Shown here piece by piece: positions 38,701 to 52,436 of a DNA stretch of 64,000 nt. The first letter of the stretch is position 1, and each line of letters begins with the position of its first letter. A program made the translations under genes and the position numbers. The notes beneath the pieces are model-generated. The model made no database searches. It had not been told where the DNA came from and saw only the letters and a list, made by a program, of their open reading frames with translations. The DNA is from Felis catus (Eukaryota), in assembly GCF_018350175.1 (NCBI RefSeq), contig NC_058368.1, positions 6,448,001 to 6,512,000 on the forward strand, given 5' to 3'.

Positions 38701-38803
38701 AAAAAAAAACCAACCTCCTGTTAAACAATTTTTATCTGTTTGTATATCTTACTATAGATTATGTACAAGTAACATCTAAATAAAATTACACTTTTAACCC
38801 TAA
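35784..38803 (+). other. WASF3: WASF3 3'UTR (~3 kb)
   Basis: Repeat-free stretch after the stop, AU-rich distal part, ending shortly after AATAAA 38779-38784 with GU/U-rich sequence downstream; exact end inferred. Confidence 0.75.
38779..38784 (+). terminator. Polyadenylation signal AATAAA (probable main WASF3 PAS)
   Basis: Canonical hexamer, upstream TGTA elements (tgtatat, atgtaca), downstream GT-rich gtgttgtatgttt. Confidence 0.7.
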
Positions 38804-38884
38804 AAGGTTTTACTCATTGGCAGCAGTGTTGTATGTTTAACCTTTTTTGGAGGGGAGAAGTTGGGGGTTTGGCCGAGTTTTTAA

Positions 38885-38917
38885 AAAAATTAAAAAAAAT
38901 TTCTTTTAATGTTTATT

Positions 38918-38967
<50 letters not shown>

Positions 38968-39350
38968 TGAACAGAGGAAGGGCAGAGAGAGAAGGAGACA
39001 CAGATTCTGAAACAGGCTCCAGGCTCCGAGCTGTCAGCACAGAGCCTGATGCGGGGATCGACCTCACAGACCGCGAGATCATGACCTGAGCTGAAATCAG
39101 AGGCTTAACCGACTGAGCCACCCAGGTGCCCCTTAAAATTTTTTTAACGTTCTTATTTATCTTTGAGAGAGAGAGAGAGACAGTGCGTGAGCTGGGGAGA
39201 GGCATAGAGAGAAGGAGACACAGAATCTGAAGCAGATCCAGGCTCTGAGCTGTCAGCACAGAGCCCAATGCAGGGCTCGAACTTGTGAACCTTGAGATCA
39301 TGGCCTGGGCTGGAGTCGGACACTCAACCCACTGAGCCACCCAGGTGCCA
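38885..39350 (-). mobile_element. Two tandem or nested antisense CAN-SINEs just downstream of the WASF3 poly(A) site
   Basis: Two gagccacccaggtgcc ends (~39132, ~39350). Confidence 0.9.
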
Positions 39351-39689
39351 CAAGGGCAGAGTTTTTAATTAGCATTTTCATTATTAGATAGCAAATACTC
39401 CGATTTCCATTTAAATTTCTGCATAAGTTTTGCGTCACCAGGAGTTGTGATTGGATACTGGGAGGGACCCGGCATAGTGAGAAAGAAAAAGCCATTCTGG
39501 GAGCAGGAGGCCGTGTGCTTTGCCACGTCTAGTCTTGATAATAGCAGTGATGAACATTCGGTAGCATTTATTGTTCCTGGGATGCCTTTCTCCAGTCCTT
39601 ACAGTAACACATCGTATACGTCGTATACGTATATAACACATCATATACATTCAGCATACACATCATAAATTAGAGTTTAATATTTGTAA

Positions 39690-41560
39690 CTAATGTTTAA
39701 TATTTTTGAGGTAAGCGTGAAATGCAGCGTCCTAAGTATACCATTCGATGAGTTTTCACAGTGTGGACGCTCTCGTAACGCCAATCCCACAACGGTAGCC
39801 AGCACTGCCGTGACCCCAGCATGTTGCTCCATACCCTTCAGAGGCTTCTATCCTAGTCCCTGGAGCAACCACCGTTGTGGTTTTGTTTTGTTTTTTTTAA
39901 GCTATGGATTCATTTTAGCCTGTTTGAGAACTTCACATATGTGGAGTAAAATAGTACCATTTTACATCTGGCTTCTTTTAGCATAATGTTTTTGAAAGCC
40001 ATTAATGTCACGGCATATGTCAATATTTTATGCCTTTTTTGTCACTGAGTGGCGTTCCATTGTATGAATATCCCGAAGTGGGTTTATCCACGCTCTTGGT
40101 AAGGCTCCATACAAGTCCTTTCTGGGCGTATCTGCTCATCTATCTTGGATAAATACCCAGGAACGAGACTGCTGAGTCACAGGTAGGTGTATGTTTAGGT
40201 TTATAAGAAATTGCCAGACTTCTGCAAAGTGGCTGTACTATTTTAAACTCCCCAGCAATGTTGCTTCATATGCTTTGGTATGATTTTCCTTGTATTTATC
40301 TCGCTTGGAGTTCCCTGAACTTGAATCTGTAATTTATGTCTTAAATGAAATTTGGAGAATATTTAGACGTTACTTTTTCAAATATATTTTCTGTCCCTTT
40401 CTTTCCTTACATTCCTATTACACATACATTAACCTTTTGAGGCTGGCCCACAATTCCTTGAGGCTCTTTTGATTTAAAAATTGTTTTTCTCTCTGTTTTT
40501 CTCTCTTCGGGTTCACCGACTCTTTATTCTGTCTCTTACAATTTACTCTAAAGCCCATCTAGTAAGTCTTTGCTTCCAGCCTTCTTTTCCATGTAGAATT
40601 TCATATCCTTTTTTAAAGTTTATTATGAGAGAGAGAGAGGGAGCATGAGTAGGGGAGGGGCAGAGAGAGAGGAGACAGAGAATCCCAAGCAGGCTCTGGG
40701 CTGTCAGCATAGAACCCAATGCGGTTGATCTCACAAACCACGAAATCATGACCTGAGCCAAAATCAAGTGTCTGATGCTTAACCACCCAGGCGCCCCTGT
40801 TCTTTTTTCTTTTTTAATAGCTTTTTTTTTTTCTCTGCTGAGATTCCCTACCTGTTTGTTTATTACAAGCTTATTTTCCTTTACATCTTTGAGCATGGCT
40901 ATACTAGCTCTTTAAAAATCCTTGCCTGCCAATTCTGACATGTGGATCTTTTCAGGATCCGTCTCTAGATTGCCTTTTTCTCTTGGGTGCGTGCCTCGTA
41001 GTTTTGGATTGTATCCTAAACTTTATGAATTCTACATTTCAGGGACTCTGGAGTGTGTTGTGTTCCTCTGAAAAGTACTGATTTAAAAAAATTTTTTTTC
41101 AACATTTATTTATTTTTGAGAGACAGAGCGTGAGCAGGGGAAGGACAGAAACGGAGGGAGACAGAGTCCGAAGCAGCTCTAGGCTCTGAGCTCTCAGCAC
41201 AGAGCCGGTCACAGGGCTCGAACTCACAAACCTTGAGACCACAACCTGAGCTGAACCGACTGAGCCACCCAAGCGCCCCTGAAAAGTGCTGATTTTTAAG
41301 GGAGATCGTTAACAGGGCTAGAATTAAGCTGCCACTTCTCCTTACCCTGCCTATGATGGGTAACCCCAGAACTCTCCTAAGTTCTTTTAGCTTAGCCAGG
41401 CCACTTTGAGTTTGCCTTGCTTTATACCTGGTTTCTAGGATCAACCAGAGATTTGGGCAGTTTTACCCAGGATTTTTGGATCCTCCTTTCTGGCTCTCCT
41501 TTCTAGTATCTTCTGTCACTTTCTGCCTGCTCTGATCACTCTGAACTTGGTCCTCTTACT
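39690..41560 (-). mobile_element. Degraded old L1 fragments with SINEs at ~40610-40798 and ~41083-41279 (both -)
   Basis: T-rich L1 antisense motifs (ttccattgtatgaata, taaatacccagg...gctgagtca); SINE TSD ctgaaaagt(a/g)ctgattt. Confidence 0.65.
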
Positions 41561-44500
41561 TGTTAAGCCAGCAAGGCTGCGGGTTTTCTACTCCAGCTCA
41601 GCTGCCCTACTTGGCAGGAGGAAGCCTGTCCTCGGGCAGAAAAGCCATTAAATGCACCCAAAGATTTTCCTCCTAAGCCTCGGCCCTCCTCTGGTGTTCT
41701 GGTTTTGATTTCCCTCCAGCGCCTTCGAGAGTCGTGAAGTGTATTTTGTCCACTTCGTGGTTGTTCTCTGTAAAGAATTGCTCTAGAATGGGCCAGTCCT
41801 GCATTCTCAGGAGCCTCACCCCATAAATATTGGATGCGATAGCTTCTTAAAAACATTTTAAATATCATTTAAAGATGAGGACTGGGGCGCCTGAGTCGCG
41901 CATCGCATGGTGTGCTCTAAAACATCAGCCATCTTGACCGCCTTGCTCTAAACTGTACAAGCAGAACACGGCACCTGAATGACCTGGAGCCCGAGACGAC
42001 TTTAATAAATCGCTGGCCTTAACCCCAGTCTCAAATTTTTATGTTCACCGCAAGGACCTTGATGTTTCCACAGAGTGTTAAAACATTAAATGTAGGAATA
42101 AATCTACGCAGACAGAATAATTTCTATTTCTGACTCTTGGTTCCTTTGAAAAAGGGGCGCCACTACTTAAAAGTCTGAAAACGGCCACCTGACATCATCA
42201 CCGTCCGATCTTCTTGTCTTTAGACCGAGAAGTGTTCGCACTGTGATAGCACATTGTACTGCGGTCCAATTCTGTGTTTTATGAAGACAGTACCAATACA
42301 GAGGCCTGTCAAAAGCTGGAGAAGCCTCAGCTATCTAATTTGGAGGTGTGAGTACCTTGTAGAGAGGTATCTTGACGGGGACTTAGACGCTTAAGAGGTT
42401 CGCTTTCAAAATACACTTCCTTCACAGCTGACGCGTGGACGTTTCTTTGCCAAAACACAATAGCTCTCTGTTGTGAATATTTGCATATGTCATTTTTCTA
42501 AATCCCCCCCCTCCCGCATTCATCCTGTGTACTTGTGATTTGAATAATTGGCTTCAAATATAGCACCGTGATTAGTTAGAGGTGGTGAATCGGTGGATGA
42601 TTTGCCACGAAGAAAAATTAAGAGAATATGCCCTTTGAGAACAATTTAAAACCTACCAAGTGGTACTTACCATGAAGTGACATTTAAAAGCATTTAATAT
42701 TCTAGGATGTGCTGCAGCTCTTCTGGCCTAAAACCAGTTTAAATAGAAGTCAAGCGATTTGAGAGTACGTAAGCCTACACATCCTGAAAGTGTGAATATA
42801 ACTTAGCACTTAACATGGGTAAGATGTTACTTTTTGTGGTGTGCGTGACAGTGGCTCGCAATGTCCCTTCTTACCCTTTTGAAATCAGGACTTTATGATC
42901 TCGATAATTAAGTTAGGGTGTCAACGTAACGCTCCTTTGAAAGGTCTTTTAATATTTCAAGGACCTAGGCATTCATTTGATTTGCAAGCTAGAGTTTCAA
43001 CAACCTATGCACTGAGGGCTCAGACAAAGAGCAGCCCAGTGAATCACCAGTGGATGGTTCACCGTGGAGGCCCCCCCCCCCACCGCCCCGGATCGCTGCC
43101 CCACCCGTGAGCACCCACACTCATCAGGAATCAGGAGTGATTCTTAGGAACACAGAAGTGTAAGAACATCGTCTTAGCACCTGACCTTGCATGGTTGCTA
43201 GGAGCCCAAAGATCACCTGCAGTGACCCAGGACTGGTCAGCTGACTGGTGTCGCCACGGGGACCCCATGCTGAGCCCCGGGACCCCACGACACTCTCGTG
43301 TCTGCTCAGTGGCGGACAAGCACCCCCCCCCCCCCCGGTGCCGACGGGGGGGGGTGAACGGAGTAACGACTGGTCGTCTCTGGACTGCAGGTGCAGGGAT
43401 GCAGAATCACCATCTTTGATTCTGCACCTGGTGGCCCAATTCCATGTTCCTTGCAGAGAGCCTGTCCCCTCACGTCCAAACCTCCCCAAGCTTCTCACTC
43501 GTTTATGTCATTGGGTCTTGGCTGCACAAAGCGCGTGGGAGATGTTACGGTCCCAGAGCAGATAATTTAGAAACTCCTTCCAACTCTCGTCCTCAGCAGC
43601 TGGGGAAGAGAAATGTCGGGGCCTGACTTTTGCCTGTGGGCTGTCGTTATTGGTGTCCCTCCCCAGACGGGCCTTGGCCTTTCCTCGGCGGCCGCGGGAG
43701 AGGCTCGTCTGTCTGTTGTTGATTCTCTGTTGTTTCTCGTGCCATGGGGGTCCTTGGGGCAGGAATGTGGCTGTGGGCTGCACATCACCCAGCATCTCCA
43801 GGGTTCTCTTGGGGTTGCTGTAAGCACAACACTCTTGAGAGCCCCCTTCTCCCTTCATGGCCTGACTTCTCCCTTGGTCTGTTTGCTTTGGCCCCCTGGC
43901 TCTGGGCAGTGGTGCGGAGAAGGAAGGTTCCTCTTTCCCTGTGTCGTCAGTCTGTGGGCGGCCAGGAGCAGGCAGGTCCCTAAGCGGTTCCCTGCAGGGG
44001 GCTCCCTAGGGTGTCCTTGCCTCGGGATGGGAAACAAAAGAAACATTCTTGGGTTGGCCCCATATCAAGCCATCGTGGCTCTCTGCCCTCTGCTAAATGG
44101 CCAGAGGCTGGTGTACATCCTGGTGGGCCCTCTACCTTGTGATGAAGGACCCTCGCCTGGGTTCAGGGACAGCACGGGAAGCCCCGTGGCCATATCCGCC
44201 CCTCCCCCGCACGCCCACTGGACTCACTCCCAGCCTGTCTGTTCTGAGACAAGAAAGAGATTTTCAAAGTAGCTTAACACAAATGTCTGCCTTCAGGACT
44301 AGTGAGGGCAGGAGGTGGGGCTTCCTGTGTTCAAACTCCTTCCTGGTTGTGAACTAGGGAGCAGTGAGAGATCAGCCCGTGGGAGGGAAGGACAGTCCCA
44401 CCCCCCCTCCACCATGGCCTGGGGCCACTAACACAGGGCCAGGGCGAAGCCCGAGTCCCATTGGATCAAGCATAGAGTGACACAGCCATCAGCCCTAGTG

Positions 44501-46559
44501 TGGGATGGCACTCAGTGCCTGACTGCTCAGACTGGTCCCCTGAGGGACAGATGATAGCCGGTGTGCAGCCGCGGTGTCCCCAGGGCCCCGTGCTCCTCAG
44601 TGTGCGTGGGGTCGCTGGAGGCAGGCCCGAGACCGCCCCTCAGGGTGTGTGGTGCCCAGTGTCAGCCTGGCCCTCCTCTGCTGGGGGGGTGGGGCGCTGG
44701 AGTGCCCGTTCTGTCCGGATGAGGGTGTGTGGGCCACAGCTGCAGGGGACAAGGGCCAGAGAGGTGGGAACTGATTGCCCTCGGATCCGAGGCCTGGCGC
44801 TAAGACCGCTCTCCGACGTAACACAGCACCTCTACGAAGCAGGAACCGAGATCATAGGCGAGGAAACGGGGCCCCGTGATCTGCCCACGGCTCCCAGAGG
44901 TGAGGCTCCAAGCCAGCCCTCCCTAAGGCGACTCTGCGTCCCTCCTGCTTGGAGCGGCCTCCCAGGCCTCGGGGAGGACCCGCGGGACGCCGTGGTCAGC
45001 CTTCACCCCTGCTGCACCACAAAGCTGACGCGGGACTGCGACCGGGGAAGTCATGGGTTGGTTCCCAAAGGGTCAGCCGCATGTGGGTGAGCTTGATGCA
45101 TGGGGACAGTGTGGCCTCCGAACAGCCCAAGAGGCCCGCTGGGTCCCTAATTTGACCCAAACACAGATTGTGAAATTCAGAGGCCGTGTTCCTTGCCCTG
45201 CCTCTGACTCCCCACCCCATCCCCGAGCTGTGCCTGGATCTCCGTGGTCGAGGCAGCATCCGAGATGGGGCAGGGGGACCTCCGCCCACCTCACTCCGTT
45301 GTCGACAAGGTTCGTGCGCAGTGGAATCGTCCTGGCCTCAAAGCCACGTTATCAAAACGTCCTGCTCTGTCCCCAGTGGTGTCGAGGGGCAGGAAGCTGG
45401 CTGGGGCCCTGCAGGGCCTGCCTGGGAGGGAACTCAGCCTGTGCGAGGGCCCCTGTGCTTGGAGCCACACTGGCGGGATGCAGGGTAGGGATCCGGGAAG
45501 ATGCATGTTCCTGAGAGCAGACGGTGACGGACAGGAGCGAAGGGCCAATGTGTCAGGAAGCGGGCAGCTGTGTGCATCCGCGACCCGGGAGTGGACCCAC
45601 AATCTCAGGGTGTGGAGTTCAGCGAACAGGCGATATGAACAGGTACAAGTAGGGCAGGTGCACGCCTTGGGTGACCCGGGGTGGGGGGGCAAAATCTTGC
45701 CTGATGGCCCGGGGATGCCTCACCCAGGGCCCAAGGGGCCTCCCTGGGCAGGCAAGGCCTGGGTCTCGGAGGCTCCAGGCCATCCCTGGAAGTGACCAAG
45801 GGTCCCACCTGAAGGAGGGTGTGGGGAAGGAGCCACAGCCCCTGGGATCACCCTGGGGAGGTGTCACAGAGGCTCAGCGCCTCCGAGGTCTCTGCAGAGC
45901 GACTGCCCCAGGTCCCCCGGCACTACGCAAGCCCCCGCATTTGCAGGCCTAAAACTACAACCACTGGAAATGTGCCTTTGAAGGAATGGCCTCACCTCCA
46001 GAGGCCCCTACAGAGGACGAATCCCTTCTGAGCTCTGGTGCCGTGGCCTCGGGAGGGCTTTACACAGGCATCGGAGCCTCCTGTACTGTAAAGGACAAAA
46101 GGAACGGAGAGCTGTGACTCCTGTCTTCCCTCTTCCGGGCTGTCAAGGGCAACCAAGTGGAGTATAAGTCCACACACACCGGAATCTGGATGGAGGGAGC
46201 CTCCCCTGCCCAAAGCAAACCGGTGCTCACAGACCTTCTTTCCCAGGGCGCCTCCCAGCGCTTCCGTGGGAAAACACCGCCTCCCAGTGGCCGGACGATT
46301 AAGTGTTTCTCTGTAGATCAACTTGGCATTCGTTCAATCACTCTTCATTCACTCTTTGTCCTTTCCATCAATCTTTCACTCCTTCCGGAGACAGATCCGT
46401 GCTTCCCATGCACTGCTGTTGGGAGTGAACTGGTACAAATCCTCTGAAGGGCTATTAACAAACACCTATGGAAATTAGAGCCTTACCTCCCTGTCACGGA
46501 GCAAGTGCGTTTCCAGAAAGGTACCCATGACGGATTGGATTAAAATGTTACAATGGTAT

Positions 46560-47030
46560 TTCTGGACTCGAATCCTCTTCCAGGACCTTGCCACTCCGTG
46601 TCAAGAGGTGGATTCTATGCCCCTTCCTTTGAAGCTGGGTGGGATTTGGGGGCGGCCTCCTGCCCCCGACTGCCAAGGGCAAGGGGGCCGGCCTGGCTCT
46701 CTCAGAATGCCCTTCTAGAGCTCAGCCACCATGTTGCGAAGAAGTCAAGGCTGCCCGCAGGGGCCCCAGGCAAGGGTCTGGTCACAGGTAAGGTCTCAGC
46801 CAACCGCCAGGATGGCTTGCGGGCTCCGTGAGTGGACGAGACTTCATCCGAGGGCTCGGTCCCCACCCTGAACTGGCACCGCTGACGGCCTGTGGAGCAG
46901 AGACCACTGTCCTCACGGAATCCTGCCAGCTGAAATCGCAGATTTGTGAGCCAAAAAGATGAATGCCATTGTTGCAGGTTACTCAGACTTGGGGTAACTT
47001 GTTACCCAGCTTTAGAAACTGAGACAGATA
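46560..47030. mobile_element. MaLR (MLT1-type) LTR, degraded
   Basis: ccactcc...tcaagaggtgg start and gacttggggtaacttgttacccagc end resemble MLT1 LTRs. Confidence 0.55.
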
Positions 47031-47869
47031 GATTACGCTCACTAGAACTATTTCATGGGCTAAATGCCATAGTCACCACGACATGATCTGCAATCACAAA
47101 AGATGAGAAACACCCTACTGTTCTAGCAACCGAATATGGGTTAAATTACAAGAGACACCAACAGAGTCCTCTGCAACTGTTCAAAGAATGAAGATGTTTG
47201 AGGGACGCTCGGCTGGCTCAGTTGGTGGAACATATGACTCTCGGGGTCTTGAGTTCAAGCTCCATGTTGGGCATGGGACCTAGTTAAAAAAAAAGAGAAT
47301 GAGAATGTTTTCAGTGATACGACCTTCGAGATATCGTTAAAGTGAGAAAACAAGAAGCAGAGAAATGTGCATCTAGGTGGCATTCACTAGCTAAAAAGGA
47401 GAATTGAGAACACACGTCTTCATTTAAATGGGCGTAAAATACTTTTGAAAGGATCGGCAAGAAAGCGAGTGCGTTACCTCGGGGTGGAGGTGGAAGGGAG
47501 AGCTCTACGGCTTACCCTTTTAGTGCCTGCGAATTTCGTAACCCAGGGAATGTTCTTATCTTAACAATGGACTATTTTTAAATGGATACAGCCTTTTTGG
47601 TGAGCTAGACATGGTGATACGAGAAGAGAGGAAAGACATAATCCTTCTCATCATCGTAACATTTATACTACTGCCCTGCTATCGAGGCAAAACAGTAGCA
47701 TGAGGATAAAAGAGCGAAGCTTCTAGAATCCGGCTGCTGGGGTTCAACTCCTGGCTCTGCTCTGTGACCTTGCGGCTTAGTCAAATGATCAATTCTTCAG
47801 ATTCCTCCTCTGAACAGTGGGCGCCCACCCGTGCTTCCCTCAAAGGGTGGTTGAGTTGTTGGCGTCTGG

Positions 47870-50800
47870 CTATTGATCTTTTCAGATTCTCTACTCCTTG
47901 TGGCCACTTAAGCATTTGAAATTCTTAGAGAAATGTTTCTGTTTCCTCTTCTATTTTCCTGTTGTATTTTTGTTTATTTGAATCTCCTCTCCTGATGAGT
48001 TCTCCTGCTGGCTTGTCTGGATTGGGAGCCTTTTCAAAGAACCAATTATTTGGTTTTACTGGCCTTCCATTTTTCCATTATTCCCATTTCACCCATTTCT
48101 ACTCTTTTCTTTGGGTGTTGTGTTTGCTGGTTTGCCTGCTTGGGTTCACTTTTGGGAACTTACTAAATGGGAACTTCATTTGCTGTTTTCTCATGAATAA
48201 TTTTTAAAACTATGATTTTATCTCTAAATTTCTTTAGTTTGTCCTATACATTTTGACATAGAGTATTTTTCATTTCGATTAAAAATATTTAATAATTTCC
48301 TTTATTATTTCTTCCCTATTTCAAAGATTATTTCATCATATTACATTTTGTTCTCAGTTTTCATTCATGAGGGATCTTATAAATTGATCCTTTTGATGTT
48401 GATTTATTTTACATAAGGTCAGAAAACATAGTCTGAACTTGCTGTGGAGGCTCTGGAATATACTGAGGTTTCCTCTGTGGCCTTATGCATAATCCACATT
48501 TGTGAATGTTCTGTGTGTACTTGAAAGCAACGTGTATTCTTTCTCTAATATTTAACTGATCAAGCTTTGTTAGGCACATTAATCAAATCTTCTATACGTT
48601 TGGTTCTTATTTGTCTGCTTGATCTGTTTCAAAGAGAGTATTTTAAGTTGTAAAAATTTTTTAATGTTTATTTTTGAGAGAGACGGAGACAGAATGTGAG
48701 TGGGGAAGGGGCAGAGAGAGAGGGAGACACAGAATCTGAAGCAGGCTCCAGGCTCCGAGCTGTCAGCACAAAGCCCCATGTGGGCTGTGAACTGTGAGAT
48801 CATGACCTGAGCTGAAGTTGGACGCCCAACCGACTGAGCCACCCAGGTGCCCCTAAATGTTTATTTACTTTTAAGAGAGAGAGAGGGAGTGAGAGAGAGA
48901 GCAGGGGAGGGGCAGAGAGAGAGGGAGACACTGAATCCGAAGCAGACTCCAGGCTCTGAGCTGTCAGCACAGAGCCTGATGTGGGGCTTGAACCCACAAA
49001 CCGTGAGATCATGACCTGAGCCGAAGTCGGACGCCCAACCGACTGAGCCACCCAGGTGCCCCATGAAGAGAGTATTTTAAAATCTCTAACTCAATTGTCC
49101 ATTATCTTTTTATTTACAATATACTTTCTTTTCTTTTTCTTTCTGATTTTAAAAATTTTGGACTTTAAACAGCTCTGGTACCAAATTTGCTATACCAGCT
49201 TTCTTTTGGTTTATTTTTGCCTGGCGCTTGTTCAAAAACTTAAAAAAAAAAAATCTGTATCCTTTTGTTTTAAATGTGTTTCACAGTAGACATATCACAT
49301 ATATAGAGATATTCGTATCACTTGTTATTTCTTCTTTTTTAATCTTTATAAGTTTGTCTTACTATACTAATGGGTGACTATTATAAGTGATATTTACTAT
49401 AGGTATGTTATTTAAAAAACTTCATCAGGGGCGCCTGGGTGGCTCGGTTGATTAAGCGTCCGGCTTCAGCTCAGGTCATGATCTCATGGTTTATGGGTTC
49501 AAGCCCCGCGTCAGGCTCTCTGCTGACAGTTCAAAGCCTGGAGCCTGCTTTGGATTCTGTGTCTCCCTCTCTCTCTGCCCCTCCCCCAGTCTCTCTCTGT
49601 CTCTCCGTCTCTCTCTCTCAAAAATAAAAAGTAAAAAAAAATTAAAAAAATAAAAAACTTCATCAGATTAATAAAATTCCCCTCAATTTCCTTTCTCAAT
49701 TTTGAAAAAAATTATAAATAGATGTTGAATTTTATCAATGACTTTCTGTATTGATGTCAACATTCCTATGAACTTTCACCTTTAAGCTGTTAACTACAGA
49801 TTACATTATTTTGTTAATATTTTTTAGAAGTTTTGTGTTTATGGGGGCGCCTGGGTGGCTCAGTCGGTTGAGCGTCCGACTTCAGCTCAGGTCATGACCT
49901 CACAGTCTGTGAGTTCGAGCCCCGCGTCGGGCTCCGTGCTGACAGCTCGGAGCCTGGAGCCTGCTTCCGATTCTGTCTCCCTCTCTCTCCGCCCCTCCCC
50001 TGCTCACACTCTGTCTCTGTCTCTCTCTCTCAAAAATAAATAAACATTAAAAAAAAAAAAGTTTTGTGTTTATGTTCATGAGTAGATTATAATTTTTCTT
50101 TTTTTTTTTAAATGTTTATTTATTTTGTTTCTGAGAGAGAAAGAACACAAGCGGGGGGCAGGCAGAGAGAGAGGGAGACAGAGAATCCCAAATAGGTTTT
50201 GTGCTGCCAGCACAGAGCCTGAGACACGGGGCTCGATCTCACAAAGCCGTGAGATCGTGACCTGAGCCAAAATCAAGCGTGGAATGCTTAACCAACTGAA
50301 CCACACAGTTACCCCTGTAGTTTTTCTTTCCTAAGCTGTCATCATATTTTGGCATGAAGGTTATGTTTGCCTCATAAAATAAGCAAGAAAATATTTGCTT
50401 TTTCCCCCCCTATTCTGTAGAAGAGCTTGTATAAGACTGAGGTTTTGGTCCTTGATATCAGGCGCGGTAGCAATGGAGGGTGAAGCCACGTGAGTCTGAA
50501 ATTTTCACTGAAGAAGGGCTTTGGGTTGCTGATTCAATTCTTAAATGTTCATAGGGCAACTTAAAGTTGAGTCATTTCTGATAAATTGTCTTGTTCTAGA
50601 ACTGTGACCATTTCTTCTACATTTAGAGAAAAAGTTTTCATTACATGCCCCCCCCCCAGGTTAACCTTTTATATATTTATTTAGCAACATGTGTATCTTA
50701 CACACACACACACACACACACACTCACACACACACACACACACACACACACGCCATATTTGGTAAACTTGTATCCGTTATGCTATAAATCTCATTCTGTA

Positions 50801-51950
50801 TTTCTATTTTTGTGTCTTTTGAGTGGAAAAAAATCATATGTAAATGTAGTTCTTATTCTCTTAATGTGAGCAGCAACTATAGTGATTTCCGTTCTCTCCA
50901 TCACTGAAATAGGTCTGTGCTTTCTCTTTTTCTTATCCAGGTTCGTTGGAGGCTCATCAATCCCATTAGGGTTTGCAAAAACAAAAACAAAAACAAAAAC
51001 AAACAAAAACAAAAAAACAAACCAAAAAAACTTTTAGTTTGTTGATCTCCGCTATTGTAGATTTTTTTTTTCAATTTCATTTGTTTCTGCTCTGAATTTT
51101 AGTGATTCCTTCTTTCTTCCTTCTTTGGGTTTATTTCGCCATTCCTCTTCTAGCTCCCAGAGATGGGATCTTCATTATTTTTCAGCCTTTCTTCTCTTCC
51201 AACATGCATATCTTAGGGCTTTGGTTTTCCTCTAAATTCTGCTGACTTAAATTCCATTAGTTGTGACATGGCATTTCCCTGTTTACATATGTAAATTATC
51301 TAGAAGCATGTTTCTTAATTTCCAAACATACGAGGATTTTTTTTAGGCTTTTGGATTTTCCCGCTTCCATGTGGGGAAACCGAAAACGACAGAGACTAAG
51401 TACTTTGCTGAAGATCACATACATAAGTAGCAGAGCTGGGATTTGAACAGACTGACTCTGGAAACTGTTCTCTGAATCGAACTTTCACCTCTTTCTAATG
51501 AACGGGCTTCTGTCATTATGACACGGGCTTCTTCCTGGTGAGTGTCTTTGCCTTAAATCTGTTTTGCCTGATACACCATGCTCTGCTAGCTTTTTTTTTT
51601 TAATGTTTTTATTTATTTTTGAGACAGAGAGAGACAGAGCATGAGCAGGGGAGGGGCAGAGAGAGGGAGACACAGAATCTGAAACAGACTCCAGGCTCTG
51701 AGCTGTCAGCACAGAGCCCGACGCGGAGCTCGAACTCACGGACCGCGAGATCATGACCTGAGCTGAAGTCGGACACTTAACCGACTGAGCCACCCAGGCA
51801 CCCCTGGATTGATTTTTTTTTTTTTTACTTACTCTAATTTTCTTCAGTAAGTTAGAAGCGTACACTGTTTATATTTTGGAGTCATTACTCTAAAAATCAC
51901 AATATGGAAACTTAATTGATCAAAATCTAAGGTTAATCAATAATTTTTCT
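47870..51950 (-). mobile_element. Degraded old L1 antisense tract with SINEs at 48655-49062 (two, -), 49428-49655 (+), 49843-50060 (+), 50095-50315 (-), 51590-51804 (-)
   Basis: T-rich L1-like sequence; SINE TSDs aagagagtattttaa, aaaaacttcatcag, aagttttgtgtttatg; (CA)n ~50700-50750, (AAAAC)n ~50976-51015. Confidence 0.7.
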
Positions 51951-52094
51951 CAGAGGGAATTAAAAAAAATGGTTGTGCCGGCCAGGGTGACACACACGGG
52001 GTCCAATCAGAACGCACGGGAGCCAGTTCCCTCGGGATAATGTACAAGTGGACAATGCCTGAGTGTCAGCCCCGGGGACAATGCCAGAGCCTGC

Positions 52095-52436
52095 ATTCTG
52101 TTTATCTCTGCTGGCTGCTGTCATAAAACACCGGGGACCGGGGAGCTTAAACAACAGAAATTATGTTCTTGCAGTTCTGAAGGCTGGAAGTGTGATTTCG
52201 AGGGTGCCAGTGTGGTCAGGTTGCGGTGAGAGCCCTCTTTCCCTTTGCGGATGGCACCTTCTCAAGCGTGTCTCTGATGCCTCTTATAAGGGCGCCGATA
52301 CATCATGAGGCCCCCCTCTCATGGCCTTACCTCCACCCAGTCACCTCTTCTTCCAGGCCCCATCTCCAAACGCCATCACAGCGTGGGTTATGACTCCAAC
52401 ATACGAACTGCAGAGGAACACAGTTCATTCTGTAGC
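52095..52436. mobile_element. MaLR MLT1A-like solo LTR
   Basis: gcttaaacaacagaaatt...cagttctgaaggctggaag...tcttataagggc...ccccatctccaaa motifs. Confidence 0.75.

Noticed and set aside
41884..41900. ggggcgcctgagtcgcg resembling a SINE start
   Set aside because: Similarity ends after ~12 nt; no body or tail
43321..43356. C14...G9 inverted homopolymer hairpin
   Set aside because: Explained by simple homopolymer runs in GC-rich DNA; no supporting context
43613..45950. Cluster of long overlapping ORFs (219, 196, 183 aa) as a possible gene
   Set aside because: Expected in GC-rich sequence with few stops; overlapping in many frames, no domain or splice structure recognised
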